Part shown: positions 1-8,073 of the stretch, piece by piece
Position numbering within the stretch: the stretch's first letter is position 1
Layout: every line of letters begins with the position of its first letter
DNA from: an uncultured Desulfobacterales bacterium
GTDB lineage: Bacteria; Desulfobacterota; DSM-4660; Desulfatiglandales; JALVZP01
Direction of reading: 5' to 3'
Assembly (NCBI GenBank): GCA_964513995.1
Contig: CAZEOQ010000008.1
Span: 8,759-72,758 of the forward strand
Length of the DNA stretch: 64,000 nucleotides
Position numbers and translations under genes: made by a program
The notes under the pieces: generated by a model
The model's input: only the letters and a program-made list of their open reading frames with translations
Told to the model about the DNA's origin: nothing
Database searches by the model: none

Positions 1-557
1 GTTATTGGTTCTGAGTATGTAAATGCTATAAATCTTAAACCAAATCTTTTTACTGCACCTATTACATCTTCTGGAAAAAGCTCCTGGAAGTCTACATCCT
101 CTGGTCTTCTCTGAGATATCTCCCAGTTCTGACAGTTAAGACAGCGAAAATTACATCCTGTTTCTGCAATAGAAAATATCCAGCTTTTTGGATAAAAGTG
201 AAAAAGAGGCTTTTTTTCAATTGGATCTATGTGAACCGCACATGGATTTCCATATGCAAGTGTATAGAGTTTTCCATTGATGTTTACCTTTGATCTGCAT
301 ATGCTCCTGTCTCCAGGCTCAAGAACACATTCATTTGGACATATAAGACACTGGACAGTGCTGTCTGCTTTTGCATAATAATATGCCTCTTTTGACCATT
401 TCCAGAGCCTTTTTGGTGCATCTCCTTTAAATATCTTTCCTTTTATGCTTCCCCTGCATACTGTTTCCCAAAAAAAAGGAAATGCATCAGAAGGAAAAAA
501 AAGTCCAAAAAATCCAAGACATATGCTCTTTAAAAACTGTTTTCTTGTAATTTTCAT
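1..557 (-). CDS. Radical SAM enzyme, AmmeMemoRadiSam/PflA-activase-like (N-terminal part; C-terminus lies beyond the window edge)
   Basis: The minus-strand frame is open from the window edge to the ATG at 555-557. It is absent from the ORF track because it runs off the window. The translation MKITRKQFLKSICLGFF...DPIEKKPLFHFYP...ETGCNFRCLNCQNWEISQ carries the CxxxCxxC radical-SAM motif. The N-terminus resembles a Tat-type signal (TRKQFLK). Confidence 0.7.
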   Translation of the reverse strand, partial: MKITRKQFLKSICLGFFGLFFPSDAFPFFWETVCRGSIKGKIFKGDAPKRLWKWSKEAYYYAKADSTVQCLICPNECVLEPGDRSICRSKVNINGKLYTLAYGNPCAVHIDPIEKKPLFHFYPKSWIFSIAETGCNFRCLNCQNWEISQRRPEDVDFQELFPEDVIGAVKRFGLRFIAFTYSEPI

Positions 558-586
558 AATGTTACCTGCTCCAGCTTTTTTGTATT

Positions 587-811
587 TTAGAAAATCAAGT
601 AACTGTTAACAACCTTCAGCATGTGCTTCCTTACTTTACGGATACTGTAAACATCTTCTTTTTCCATATCTATTACTATTCTCCAGGCTTGCATCGTCTT
701 AGCCCCTATGATCACTTCTTCTGTTGCAATATCATCCTGGACAACAAGGAATTCGTCTGAAAGTCTATCTCCATCAAGATAAAAATCAAGCCTTACAGCC
801 TTGTTTACCAC
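587..811 (-). CDS. Hypothetical 74-aa ORF (possible remnant of a retropepsin-like protease C-terminal half)
   Basis: The ORF has a GTG start and no obvious RBS, and lies downstream of larE in the same frame. The segment EEVIIGAKTMQAWRIVIDMEKEDV weakly resembles the C-terminal dimerisation half of clan-AA proteases, but there is no DTG motif. It may be non-coding. Confidence 0.25.
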   Translation of the reverse strand: MVNKAVRLDFYLDGDRLSDEFLVVQDDIATEEVIIGAKTMQAWRIVIDMEKEDVYSIRKVRKHMLKVVNSYLIF

Positions 812-880
812 TATCTCTTCTCCTGACTTAGCTGTCTCAAACCGAAGTGGTCTCCTTAGAGGTTTTCTCCCTTAGATCCC

Positions 881-1678
881 TCAAGCCTTATCTTTTTTAC
901 AATAACCCCCATTTTTTCTAAATCCCTCCAGATCTAAACTTACATAAGAAAATCCAATCATTTTGAATCTCTCCAGAATGTATCCTCTTTTTCTAAAAAG
1001 CTCTTCTATCTCAGATTCAGATACCTTTATCTTTGCCATGTCTCCATAGACCTTTACCCTGAATATTCTGAATCCCATATCTTCTAATATGTCCTCTGCT
1101 TTTTCTATTATCTTCAACTTCTCTTCAGTTATCCTTTCACCATATGGAATCCTTGTTGCAAGACATGATTCTGAAGGTTTGTTCCAAAAAGGAAATCCCA
1201 TCTTTTTCAAAAAAGCCCTTATTTCATCCTTCTTAAAACCTACCTCTAAAAGTGGAGACATGACTCCCAGCTGCTGAGCTGCCATCCTTCCAGGTCTGAA
1301 CTCTTTTAGATCGTCCAGGATCGTTCCATCTGCTACATGAAATATCCCGTATTCTGATGCTATTTTTTTTATCTTTGTAAAGAGATTTTTCTTACATATG
1401 TAGCATCTGTCTTCTCTGTTTTCCAAAAAATTTTCAATTGAAAGCTCACCAGGATCAAATAAAATGTGTCTTACTTTTAAAAACTCTGCTATCTTTTTTG
1501 CTTCTTCTATTCTTCTTTTTTTGTGTATGGGTGAAGCAGAGGTTACTGCTATAAGATTCTTTACTGATTCTTTTGCAACGGCTAAAAGAAAACTGCTGTC
1601 AGTTCCTCCTGAAAAAGAAATGGCAAGTGAAGGAAGATCTTTCAGGAATTCAACGAGTCTTTTGTATTTTTCGTTCAT
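881..1678 (-). CDS. larE: ATP-dependent sacrificial sulfur transferase LarE-like PP-loop ATPase
   Basis: It has the PP-loop SFSGGTDSS and a SCLATRIPYG block that matches the LarE Cys motif. I moved the start to the internal ATG at 1676-1678 (MNEKYKRL), because the longer 324-aa ORF extension is hydrophobic junk antisense to tmk. Confidence 0.75.
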   Translation of the reverse strand: MNEKYKRLVEFLKDLPSLAISFSGGTDSSFLLAVAKESVKNLIAVTSASPIHKKRRIEEAKKIAEFLKVRHILFDPGELSIENFLENREDRCYICKKNLFTKIKKIASEYGIFHVADGTILDDLKEFRPGRMAAQQLGVMSPLLEVGFKKDEIRAFLKKMGFPFWNKPSESCLATRIPYGERITEEKLKIIEKAEDILEDMGFRIFRVKVYGDMAKIKVSESEIEELFRKRGYILERFKMIGFSYVSLDLEGFRKNGGYCKKDKA

Positions 1679-1706
1679 CTTTAGTATTATAAAAGGAAAA
1701 AAGAAG

Positions 1707-2318
1707 ATGAAAAAGGCTTTTTTTATTACATTTGAAGGAATAGATGGATCAGGAAAGACAACACAGGCAAAAAGACTATATCTGAGACTAAAAAAACAAG
1801 GAATACCTGTAATTCTTACTTCAGAACCAGGAGGAACATCTGTTGGATCACACATAAGGAAGATACTGCTTTCAGAAAACTCTATTTCTTCACTTTCAGA
1901 ACTTTTCTTATATGCTGCTGATAGAGCTCAGCACATAAAAGAGGTCATAGAGCCTCTTCTAAAAAGTGGATTCTGGATAATAAGTGATAGATTTTCTGAT
2001 GCAACTGTTGCCTATCAGGGATATGGAAGAGGGATAGATCTTGAATTTATAAACATGATCAACAAAAGGATATGTGGATATATAAAGCCTGACATAACAT
2101 TTTTACTTGATTGCAGACCAGAAATAGCCTTAAGAAGACTGAAAAGAAAAGATAGATTTGAAAGAGAAGATCTTTCTTTTCATTATAGGGTAAGGGATGG
2201 TTATCTTTCAATTGCAAAAAAAGACAGGGAAAGGATCGTTGTAATTGATGCAGAAAGGGATGTGGAAAAGATAGAAGAGGAGATATTCTTTAAAGTAAGA
2301 AATATTTCTGGAATATGA
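1707..2318 (+). CDS. tmk: Thymidylate kinase
   Basis: MKKAFFITFEGIDGSGKTTQ carries the P-loop, and the DRFSDATVAYQG block is present. The start is trimmed from the 1464 ORF to the ATG at 1707. The stop overlaps the holB start. Confidence 0.9.
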   Translation: MKKAFFITFEGIDGSGKTTQAKRLYLRLKKQGIPVILTSEPGGTSVGSHIRKILLSENSISSLSELFLYAADRAQHIKEVIEPLLKSGFWIISDRFSDATVAYQGYGRGIDLEFINMINKRICGYIKPDITFLLDCRPEIALRRLKRKDRFEREDLSFHYRVRDGYLSIAKKDRERIVVIDAERDVEKIEEEIFFKVRNISGI

Positions 2319-3322
2319 AGTTTTCAGAAATAATAGGGCAGAAGACAGCAAAGAATATCCTCATGAAGGCAGCAAAAGGAGGGAGGCTTCCCCATGCACT
2401 TCTTTTTTCTGGAATTTCTGGGACAGGAAAAAAGACAATGGCAAAAGCACTTGCCATGTATCTGAACTGTGAAGATCCAGATGATGATGGTGGATGTGGA
2501 GGATGTAAATATTGCAGACAGATTGTTTCAGGAAATTTTCCAGACTTCTGGATAATAAAGACAGAAGATCCAAAACAGAAGATCTCTATAGAATACATAA
2601 GAGAGATTATAAGAAGGACGAGCTTTTCTCCATTAAGGAACTACAGAATTTTCGTGATTGATGAGGCAGAAAAGCTTACAGAAGAAGCAGGAAATGCTTT
2701 TTTGAAGATTTTAGAAGAACCTCCTGAAAGAAATATCTTTATCCTTAATGTAGTTGAACAGCTAAACCTTCTTCCTACGGTTGTCTCAAGATGCCAAAAG
2801 ATCCCTTTTTATCCTATTCCAAGAAGTGAAATGGTAAAATGGCTCGTAAAAAACAGATCTGTTGATACTGATACGGCTTCTGTCCTTTCAAAGATAAGTG
2901 GAGGAAGTCTTGGAAGGGCTATAAAACTTCTTGAAAGAGATTTTTTTGGAAAAAGGGAAGAATGGATAATGTCTATTATAAAGCTTCCTTCATTTGAAAG
3001 AGAAGAAGTTTTTGGGCTTATAAATAAATACATGGAAATGGATCTTGAAGATATAAAAGACATGTTTACAGTATGGCAAAGCTGGCTAAGGGATATGATG
3101 GTGATAAAGGAAGGAGGAAAAAAGGAGGATATGATAAACAGTGATCTGAGCAGATTGGCAGAAAAAGTAGCAGAAAGGTATTCTTTAAAGACTCTGACAG
3201 ATTCAATAATGCTTATATATGCAGCTGAGCAGGATATTCAAAGGAACAGAAATCTTTTTCTTCTTTTAGAAAGACTTGTCTTTCAGCTTTGGAAACTTCT
3301 TAAAGACTATAGATGCTCATGA
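2315..3322 (+). CDS. holB: DNA polymerase III delta-prime subunit
   Basis: It has GRLPHALLFSGISGTGKKT (AAA+ P-loop), the zinc module CGGCKYCRQI, VIDEAEKLT and SRCQKI (sensor). There is an ATGA overlap with tmk. Confidence 0.85.
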   Translation: MKFSEIIGQKTAKNILMKAAKGGRLPHALLFSGISGTGKKTMAKALAMYLNCEDPDDDGGCGGCKYCRQIVSGNFPDFWIIKTEDPKQKISIEYIREIIRRTSFSPLRNYRIFVIDEAEKLTEEAGNAFLKILEEPPERNIFILNVVEQLNLLPTVVSRCQKIPFYPIPRSEMVKWLVKNRSVDTDTASVLSKISGGSLGRAIKLLERDFFGKREEWIMSIIKLPSFEREEVFGLINKYMEMDLEDIKDMFTVWQSWLRDMMVIKEGGKKEDMINSDLSRLAEKVAERYSLKTLTDSIMLIYAAEQDIQRNRNLFLLLERLVFQLWKLLKDYRCS

Positions 3323-4023
3323 GGAATATCTCCTGCAGGATGATAATGGATATGTTGATGAAGGAAAGATCTTTTTATCTCAACGATCTTCCTGTTTTCA
3401 ATCGTATAATACCTTTCTGTTGTCTTTACTATAAAATCCCAATCATGAGAGACAACAAGTAGTGAAATGTCAAAACTTCTTAAAAGATCAATAATCCTTT
3501 TTCTTGTTTCAGGATCAAGTCCTGTAGAAGGTTCATCTAAAAGAAGTGCTTTTGGTTTCATGGAAAGGACTGTTGCAATAGATACAAGCCTTTTTTCTCC
3601 TCCAGAAAGCTTATAAGTAAGTCTTTCTTCAAATCCTTTAAGTCCTACGAGTTCAAGTGCTTCTTTTGCCCTCTCTATTGCCTCTTCTTTACTCAATCCA
3701 AGATTGAGTGGACCAAATGCAACATCTTCCAGGACAGTTGGGCAGAAAAGCTGATCATCAGGATTCTGAAAGACAAATCCTACATTTCTTCTCATCTCTA
3801 TTAGATCCTTTTCAGAGTCTATAGGTCTTCCATTAAAGAATACTTTTCCTTTTTCTGGCTTAAGTATCCCCATGCATATGTAAAGAAATGTCGTCTTTCC
3901 ACATCCATTAGGTCCAACAAGACCAATCTTTTCTCCTTCATTCAGCTCAAAGTCTATATCCTCAAATATCCTCCTTTCTGAGTCATATGAAAATGAGACT
4001 GATTTAAGACTTAATATAGCCAT
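3307..4023 (-). CDS. cbiO: ECF/cobalt-type ABC transporter ATP-binding protein (CbiO/EcfA family) with His-rich C-terminal tail
   Basis: It has Walker A GPNGCGKTT, the signature LSGGEKRLVSIA and Walker B LLLDEPSTGLD. The C-terminus is HQHIHYHPAGDIPHEHL. It overlaps cbiQ by 13 nt. Confidence 0.85.
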   Translation of the reverse strand: MAILSLKSVSFSYDSERRIFEDIDFELNEGEKIGLVGPNGCGKTTFLYICMGILKPEKGKVFFNGRPIDSEKDLIEMRRNVGFVFQNPDDQLFCPTVLEDVAFGPLNLGLSKEEAIERAKEALELVGLKGFEERLTYKLSGGEKRLVSIATVLSMKPKALLLDEPSTGLDPETRKRIIDLLRSFDISLLVVSHDWDFIVKTTERYYTIENRKIVEIKRSFLHQHIHYHPAGDIPHEHL

Positions 4024-4766
4024 CTTTCAGCAAAATGTATAGCCAATGATATAAGAAAGGCAGATAAAAGTATAAGGACATCAGATACATTTAATGAAAA
4101 CTCCTTGAGACTGTAAAATCTTCCCTTGAATCCTCTAAGAAGCATTGCATTATATATCCTTATTCCCCTTTCATAGCTTCTTATAAATACCATTGCAATA
4201 AGATATGCATATGTCCTGTATGTATGAAGATCTGTTTTTGGAGAAAAGCATCTAAGTCTTGCAGCCTGCATAAGTCTGCTGTATTCATCTTTTATAACAG
4301 TTATGTATCTGTAACTCATAAGAAAGATTAATACAAGTTTGTTTGGAAGACCAATTTTGTTTAATGCATGTCCTAATGAATGGATGGGGATTGTTGCAAC
4401 AAATAGGATTATTATTATAAGAATTGCGTTGCACTTGAGTGTTATTAAAGTAGCAAGCTTTATCCCTTCTTTTGTTGCTTTTAGTTTCCATATTTGAAAC
4501 AGGGTATCTCCTGGAAGAGAAAAAGGGACAAATAGCCAGAGGAATCCTATGAAGAAATTTGCAAAAAAAAGAGACTTAATGACCTTCCTGAAAGGGATCT
4601 TTGAAAGAAAAAGGAGGAAAAAAGAAAAAAATAGGAAAAAAAGAGATACTTCTATTTTTTTTAATAAAGCCGTTGAAAAGGAAAGGAGAAGTCCTGAGAG
4701 AATCCTGATTCTTGGATCTGCTCTGTGTATAAATGAATCTCCTTCCTGATACTTGCTTTCAAACAA
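4011..4766 (-). CDS. cbiQ: ECF transporter transmembrane (T) component, CbiQ/EcfT family
   Basis: This is a polytopic membrane protein with CbiQ-like features (ADPRIRIL near the N-terminus and RLRCF/ERGIRIYNAMLLRGF-type coupling helices). It lies immediately upstream of cbiO. Confidence 0.75.
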   Translation of the reverse strand: MFESKYQEGDSFIHRADPRIRILSGLLLSFSTALLKKIEVSLFFLFFSFFLLFLSKIPFRKVIKSLFFANFFIGFLWLFVPFSLPGDTLFQIWKLKATKEGIKLATLITLKCNAILIIIILFVATIPIHSLGHALNKIGLPNKLVLIFLMSYRYITVIKDEYSRLMQAARLRCFSPKTDLHTYRTYAYLIAMVFIRSYERGIRIYNAMLLRGFKGRFYSLKEFSLNVSDVLILLSAFLISLAIHFAERWLY

Positions 4767-4817
4767 GACTGCTTTTTCCTTCTTGTCTTCTGACCTTCAT
4801 ACACCTTCATGGTGCAA

Positions 4818-5651
4818 TTAATATTCAGGAGGAAGTTCATTCAGTTCTGCAAGAGAAAATACTGGTCCATCCTTGCACACAAATTTGTGTCCAATATTGC
4901 ATCTTCCACACATCCCAATTCCACATTTCATCCTCATCTCAAGAGAAAGAAATATGTCTTCAGGAGAAAAGCCTATCTTTTCAAGAACAGGTCTTGTAAA
5001 TCTTATCATAACAGGTGGACCACAAACAAGTGCTATAGTATTTTCTGCACTTTTTATCTTCTCCTCCACTATATTTGGAACAAGCCCAACATTGTATTTC
5101 CAATCTGGATCATCTGTTGCATCTACGGTTATATGCATATCTATGTCAGATCTTTTTTCCCATTCAAAGATCTCTTTTTTATAAAGAAGAAGTCCTGGTC
5201 TTCTTGCACCATATACGACCGTTATCTTCCCAAACTTTCTTCTGTTTTCAAGCATATATACTATGCTTGATCTGAGTGTCGTAAATGCAAATCCTCCTCC
5301 AACTATAAGTATATTCCTTCCTTCCATCCTTTCCCATGGATATGGTCTTCCAAGAGGTCCTCTTATTCCAATGATATCTCCTTCTTTCATGTTATGCAGA
5401 TAAGATGTAACATATCCTGCTTTGTTTACTGTAAAAAGAAGATATCCCTTTTCTGTTGGAGATGATGCAATACCTATAGGAACTTCACCTCTTCCAGGAA
5501 CAGAAATCTCTGCAAACTGACCTGGAAGAAATTGAAACTTTTTTTCATGTTCTGGATAAAGGAAACTTAGCCTGTATGTCCTTATGTTTCTGTCATCTGT
5601 CTCAACAATTATCCTTTCAATCCTTGCAGGATAAGGAAGATATGGATTCAT
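4818..5651 (-). CDS. FAD/NAD(P)-binding 2Fe-2S oxidoreductase, sulfhydrogenase-gamma (HydG)/AsrB/FlxA-like
   Basis: It has RTYRLSF (an RxYS-type FAD motif), LIVGGGFAFTT (NAD(P) binding) and the C-terminal CGIGMCGRC...C 2Fe-2S motif. Confidence 0.8.
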   Translation of the reverse strand: MNPYLPYPARIERIIVETDDRNIRTYRLSFLYPEHEKKFQFLPGQFAEISVPGRGEVPIGIASSPTEKGYLLFTVNKAGYVTSYLHNMKEGDIIGIRGPLGRPYPWERMEGRNILIVGGGFAFTTLRSSIVYMLENRRKFGKITVVYGARRPGLLLYKKEIFEWEKRSDIDMHITVDATDDPDWKYNVGLVPNIVEEKIKSAENTIALVCGPPVMIRFTRPVLEKIGFSPEDIFLSLEMRMKCGIGMCGRCNIGHKFVCKDGPVFSLAELNELPPEY

Positions 5652-6684
5652 TCCTTTTCTCCTCTGCCAACATGTTTATTATTCTTCTTATATCCATATT
5701 TGTTGGACAATACATTATGCACCTTCCACATCCAGAACACTGTATCCCTTTCTTGTATCTTTCAGGATAATACTTCAGTTTGTGCATAAATCTCTGTCTT
5801 ACCCTTCTGAACTTCTCTCCACGCGGATTATATCCTGATGCATGAAGTGTAAATATCGGAAACATACATGAATCCCAATTCCTAATTCTATCTCCTCTTT
5901 TTCCATACACCTCATCCTGTATGTCAAAACACCAGCATGTTGGACAAAGAAATGTGCAGATCCCACAAGTTATACAGGGAAATGATACAGAATTCCAGAT
6001 ATCTGATTCAAAAACAGAAAGGACTGGTCTTTTAAGAAGATCCTCAATCTTAAGATCTACTTTTATCTTTTCTTCTGCCTCTTTTTTTAACTTTTCTGCC
6101 TTTTCTAAATGCTCCTTTTTTGCTTCATCTCCTCCAATCTTATCCAGAAAATCCCTTCCCTTATCTGTTATGTCCTTTATGAGAAACCCTTCTCCAAGAT
6201 CATACATAATTGCATCAAGTCCTTTTTCACTAAAAGGACCTCCTCCTACTTTCAGACAAAAACAGCTGCTTCTTGGACTATTACATGCAAGTCCAATAAA
6301 TGTCGTAAGACTGTATCTTTTTGTCCACCATGGATCTTTGTATTCAGGAGTGTCAAAATTCTGTTTTACTATCTGAAATGCATGTGCATCACATGGTCTT
6401 ATTCCAACAATTATCTGAGGAGAAAAATCCTTTTTTGCTTCTTTAAGTATGTATGCATCAGGATCATCCTTATCAAGACTGTATTCAAACATCCTTTCTG
6501 ATTGAGGAAAGAGTATGCTTTTTGGAGAAAGCTTTGTGTTGAAAAATGAAAAATCTGGTAAAATGTCATCTTTTAGCTCCTGAAATAAATGGAAGTAATC
6601 CTTTTTTACAGGAACAAATACCTTATAATTTTTAGAAATCTCTCTTAGCTTTTTTAAAAAATCATCCTTCAGAACAAACCTCAT
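5617..6684 (-). CDS. Iron-sulfur protein, sulfhydrogenase-beta (HydB)/AsrA/FlxB-like
   Basis: It has the motifs CITCGICTFLCPTCWC and CSGCGRCIMYCPTN. It overlaps the FlxA-like gene by 35 nt. Confidence 0.75.
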   Translation of the reverse strand: MRFVLKDDFLKKLREISKNYKVFVPVKKDYFHLFQELKDDILPDFSFFNTKLSPKSILFPQSERMFEYSLDKDDPDAYILKEAKKDFSPQIIVGIRPCDAHAFQIVKQNFDTPEYKDPWWTKRYSLTTFIGLACNSPRSSCFCLKVGGGPFSEKGLDAIMYDLGEGFLIKDITDKGRDFLDKIGGDEAKKEHLEKAEKLKKEAEEKIKVDLKIEDLLKRPVLSVFESDIWNSVSFPCITCGICTFLCPTCWCFDIQDEVYGKRGDRIRNWDSCMFPIFTLHASGYNPRGEKFRRVRQRFMHKLKYYPERYKKGIQCSGCGRCIMYCPTNMDIRRIINMLAEEKRNESISSLSCKD

Positions 6685-6696
6685 CTCTTTCTCCTC

Positions 6697-7641
6697 TTAG
6701 ATAAAATCATCATAGTCATCTCTTCTGTATGTAGAAAGAAGCTGCCCTTTTTCCAAAGACATACCTGACTGCCATGAAAAAAGCTCAAATGCATCCTTGT
6801 TAAGTTTCTTTACAAATATCCTTATAGGAATTCCCATAGGACATACCCTTTCACATGAACCACAGTCTGTGCATCTTCCTGCAAGATGCATTGCACGGAT
6901 AATGTGAAATGTAAGCGTATCTACGAAGTCTATACTCTTTCCAAAATACGGGATCTTTTCGTCAATGAAACATGTAGGACAGTAGCAGTGAGGACATACA
7001 TTTCTGCATGCATAACAGCGAATGCATCCTTCTATAGCCTGCTCAATGTAACTTCTTTTTTCCTTCGGTGACTTTTTTTCTATCTCTTCTACATCCTTAT
7101 AAACAGGTCTTTCAGATCTTGGAGTTACAGGATCTGCTACAAGTTCGTCATATATAACAGGATTTGGATGTGTGCAGCTTAGGCAGTTTTCCTGAAGGAA
7201 ATCTTCTTTTTTAAACCTTTCTTCAAATCCATCACAGATTACCTTAAAACTTTCTCCTTCTTCTTCTATCCTTAGGACTTCTTTTCCTTCAATCCTTCTC
7301 AGGACCTTCCTATAGTCAATTATTCCTTTACATGGAATTCCTACAATATAGATCTTTTCCCTCTTTATCTGATTCTCAATTATATGATTCACGATACTTC
7401 TTGATACACATCCTGTTGCAACAATTCCTATCCTTTCCTTTCTTCCTGTAAGATACGTGCAGAGATTCAGTCCACAGTTGCTGTTCCATATGAGTTTTTC
7501 TACTTCTTGAGGATCTGATATAAGTGTTGGTCTTGGAAAAAATGGATTTGTTCCTTTTTCATATCCAATAAAGATGTCTATCCTTTTTTCTTCAAAAAGC
7601 CTTTTTGCTATCTGCCTTATCTTTTCTGTATATCCTTCCAT
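6697..7641 (-). CDS. Iron-sulfur protein, FlxC-like (FrhB/FdhB-like N-terminal domain plus two 4Fe-4S motifs)
   Basis: It has the motifs CIRCYACRNVCPHCYC and CTDCGSCERVCPMG. The N-terminus is similar to the N-terminus of the 1027-aa HdrA-like protein. Its start abuts the mvhD stop. Confidence 0.65.
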   Translation of the reverse strand: MEGYTEKIRQIAKRLFEEKRIDIFIGYEKGTNPFFPRPTLISDPQEVEKLIWNSNCGLNLCTYLTGRKERIGIVATGCVSRSIVNHIIENQIKREKIYIVGIPCKGIIDYRKVLRRIEGKEVLRIEEEGESFKVICDGFEERFKKEDFLQENCLSCTHPNPVIYDELVADPVTPRSERPVYKDVEEIEKKSPKEKRSYIEQAIEGCIRCYACRNVCPHCYCPTCFIDEKIPYFGKSIDFVDTLTFHIIRAMHLAGRCTDCGSCERVCPMGIPIRIFVKKLNKDAFELFSWQSGMSLEKGQLLSTYRRDDYDDFI

Positions 7642-8069
7642 CAGGGAACCTCTGCTCTTCTTTTTACAAAGAAATCAGAAGGACCAAGTTTTTTTACTTT
7701 TTCTGCAATAAGCTTTGCTGTTTCAGCAAACTTTGTTCCTTCTGCTGAGGATATCCATGAAAAGAAGATCCTTTCTGGTTCTATTCCGATAAATTCAAGG
7801 AGTCTTTTAAGAAGAACGAATCTCCTTCTTGCATACATATTCCCTTCTATATAATGACAGTCTCCTGGATGACATCCTGATACCCATACTGCATCTGCAC
7901 CATTTCTGAATGCCTGAATAATGAATCTCGTATCAACTCTGCTAGAACATGGAACCCTTATTATCCTGAAATAAGGAGGATACTGAAGACGGCTTACTCC
8001 TGCAAGATCAGCAGCACCATAACTGCACCAATTGCAAAGAAATGCAACAATCTTTGGTTTCCATTCCAT
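7641..8069 (-). CDS. mvhD: MvhD/FlxD-type hydrogenase iron-sulfur (2Fe-2S) subunit
   Basis: IVAFLCNWCSYGAADLAG...RVPCSSRV...VSGCHPGDCHY is the canonical MvhD cysteine pattern. Confidence 0.85.
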   Translation of the reverse strand: MEWKPKIVAFLCNWCSYGAADLAGVSRLQYPPYFRIIRVPCSSRVDTRFIIQAFRNGADAVWVSGCHPGDCHYIEGNMYARRRFVLLKRLLEFIGIEPERIFFSWISSAEGTKFAETAKLIAEKVKKLGPSDFFVKRRAEVP

Positions 8070-8073
8070 CTCT

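Noticed and set aside
812-883. Possible stop-codon read-through joining larE (TGA at 881-883) to the 74-aa ORF, which is in the same frame.
   Set aside because: A second in-frame stop (TAA) follows two codons after the TGA, no SECIS-like structure is present, and the downstream peptide is unrelated to LarE.
881-1855. Long N-terminal extensions of larE (to 1855) and of tmk (from 1464), which overlap each other on opposite strands.
   Set aside because: The extensions translate to hydrophobic nonsense. Internal ATGs at 1678 (larE) and 1707 (tmk) begin exactly at the conserved family N-termini, giving a clean 28-bp divergent spacer.
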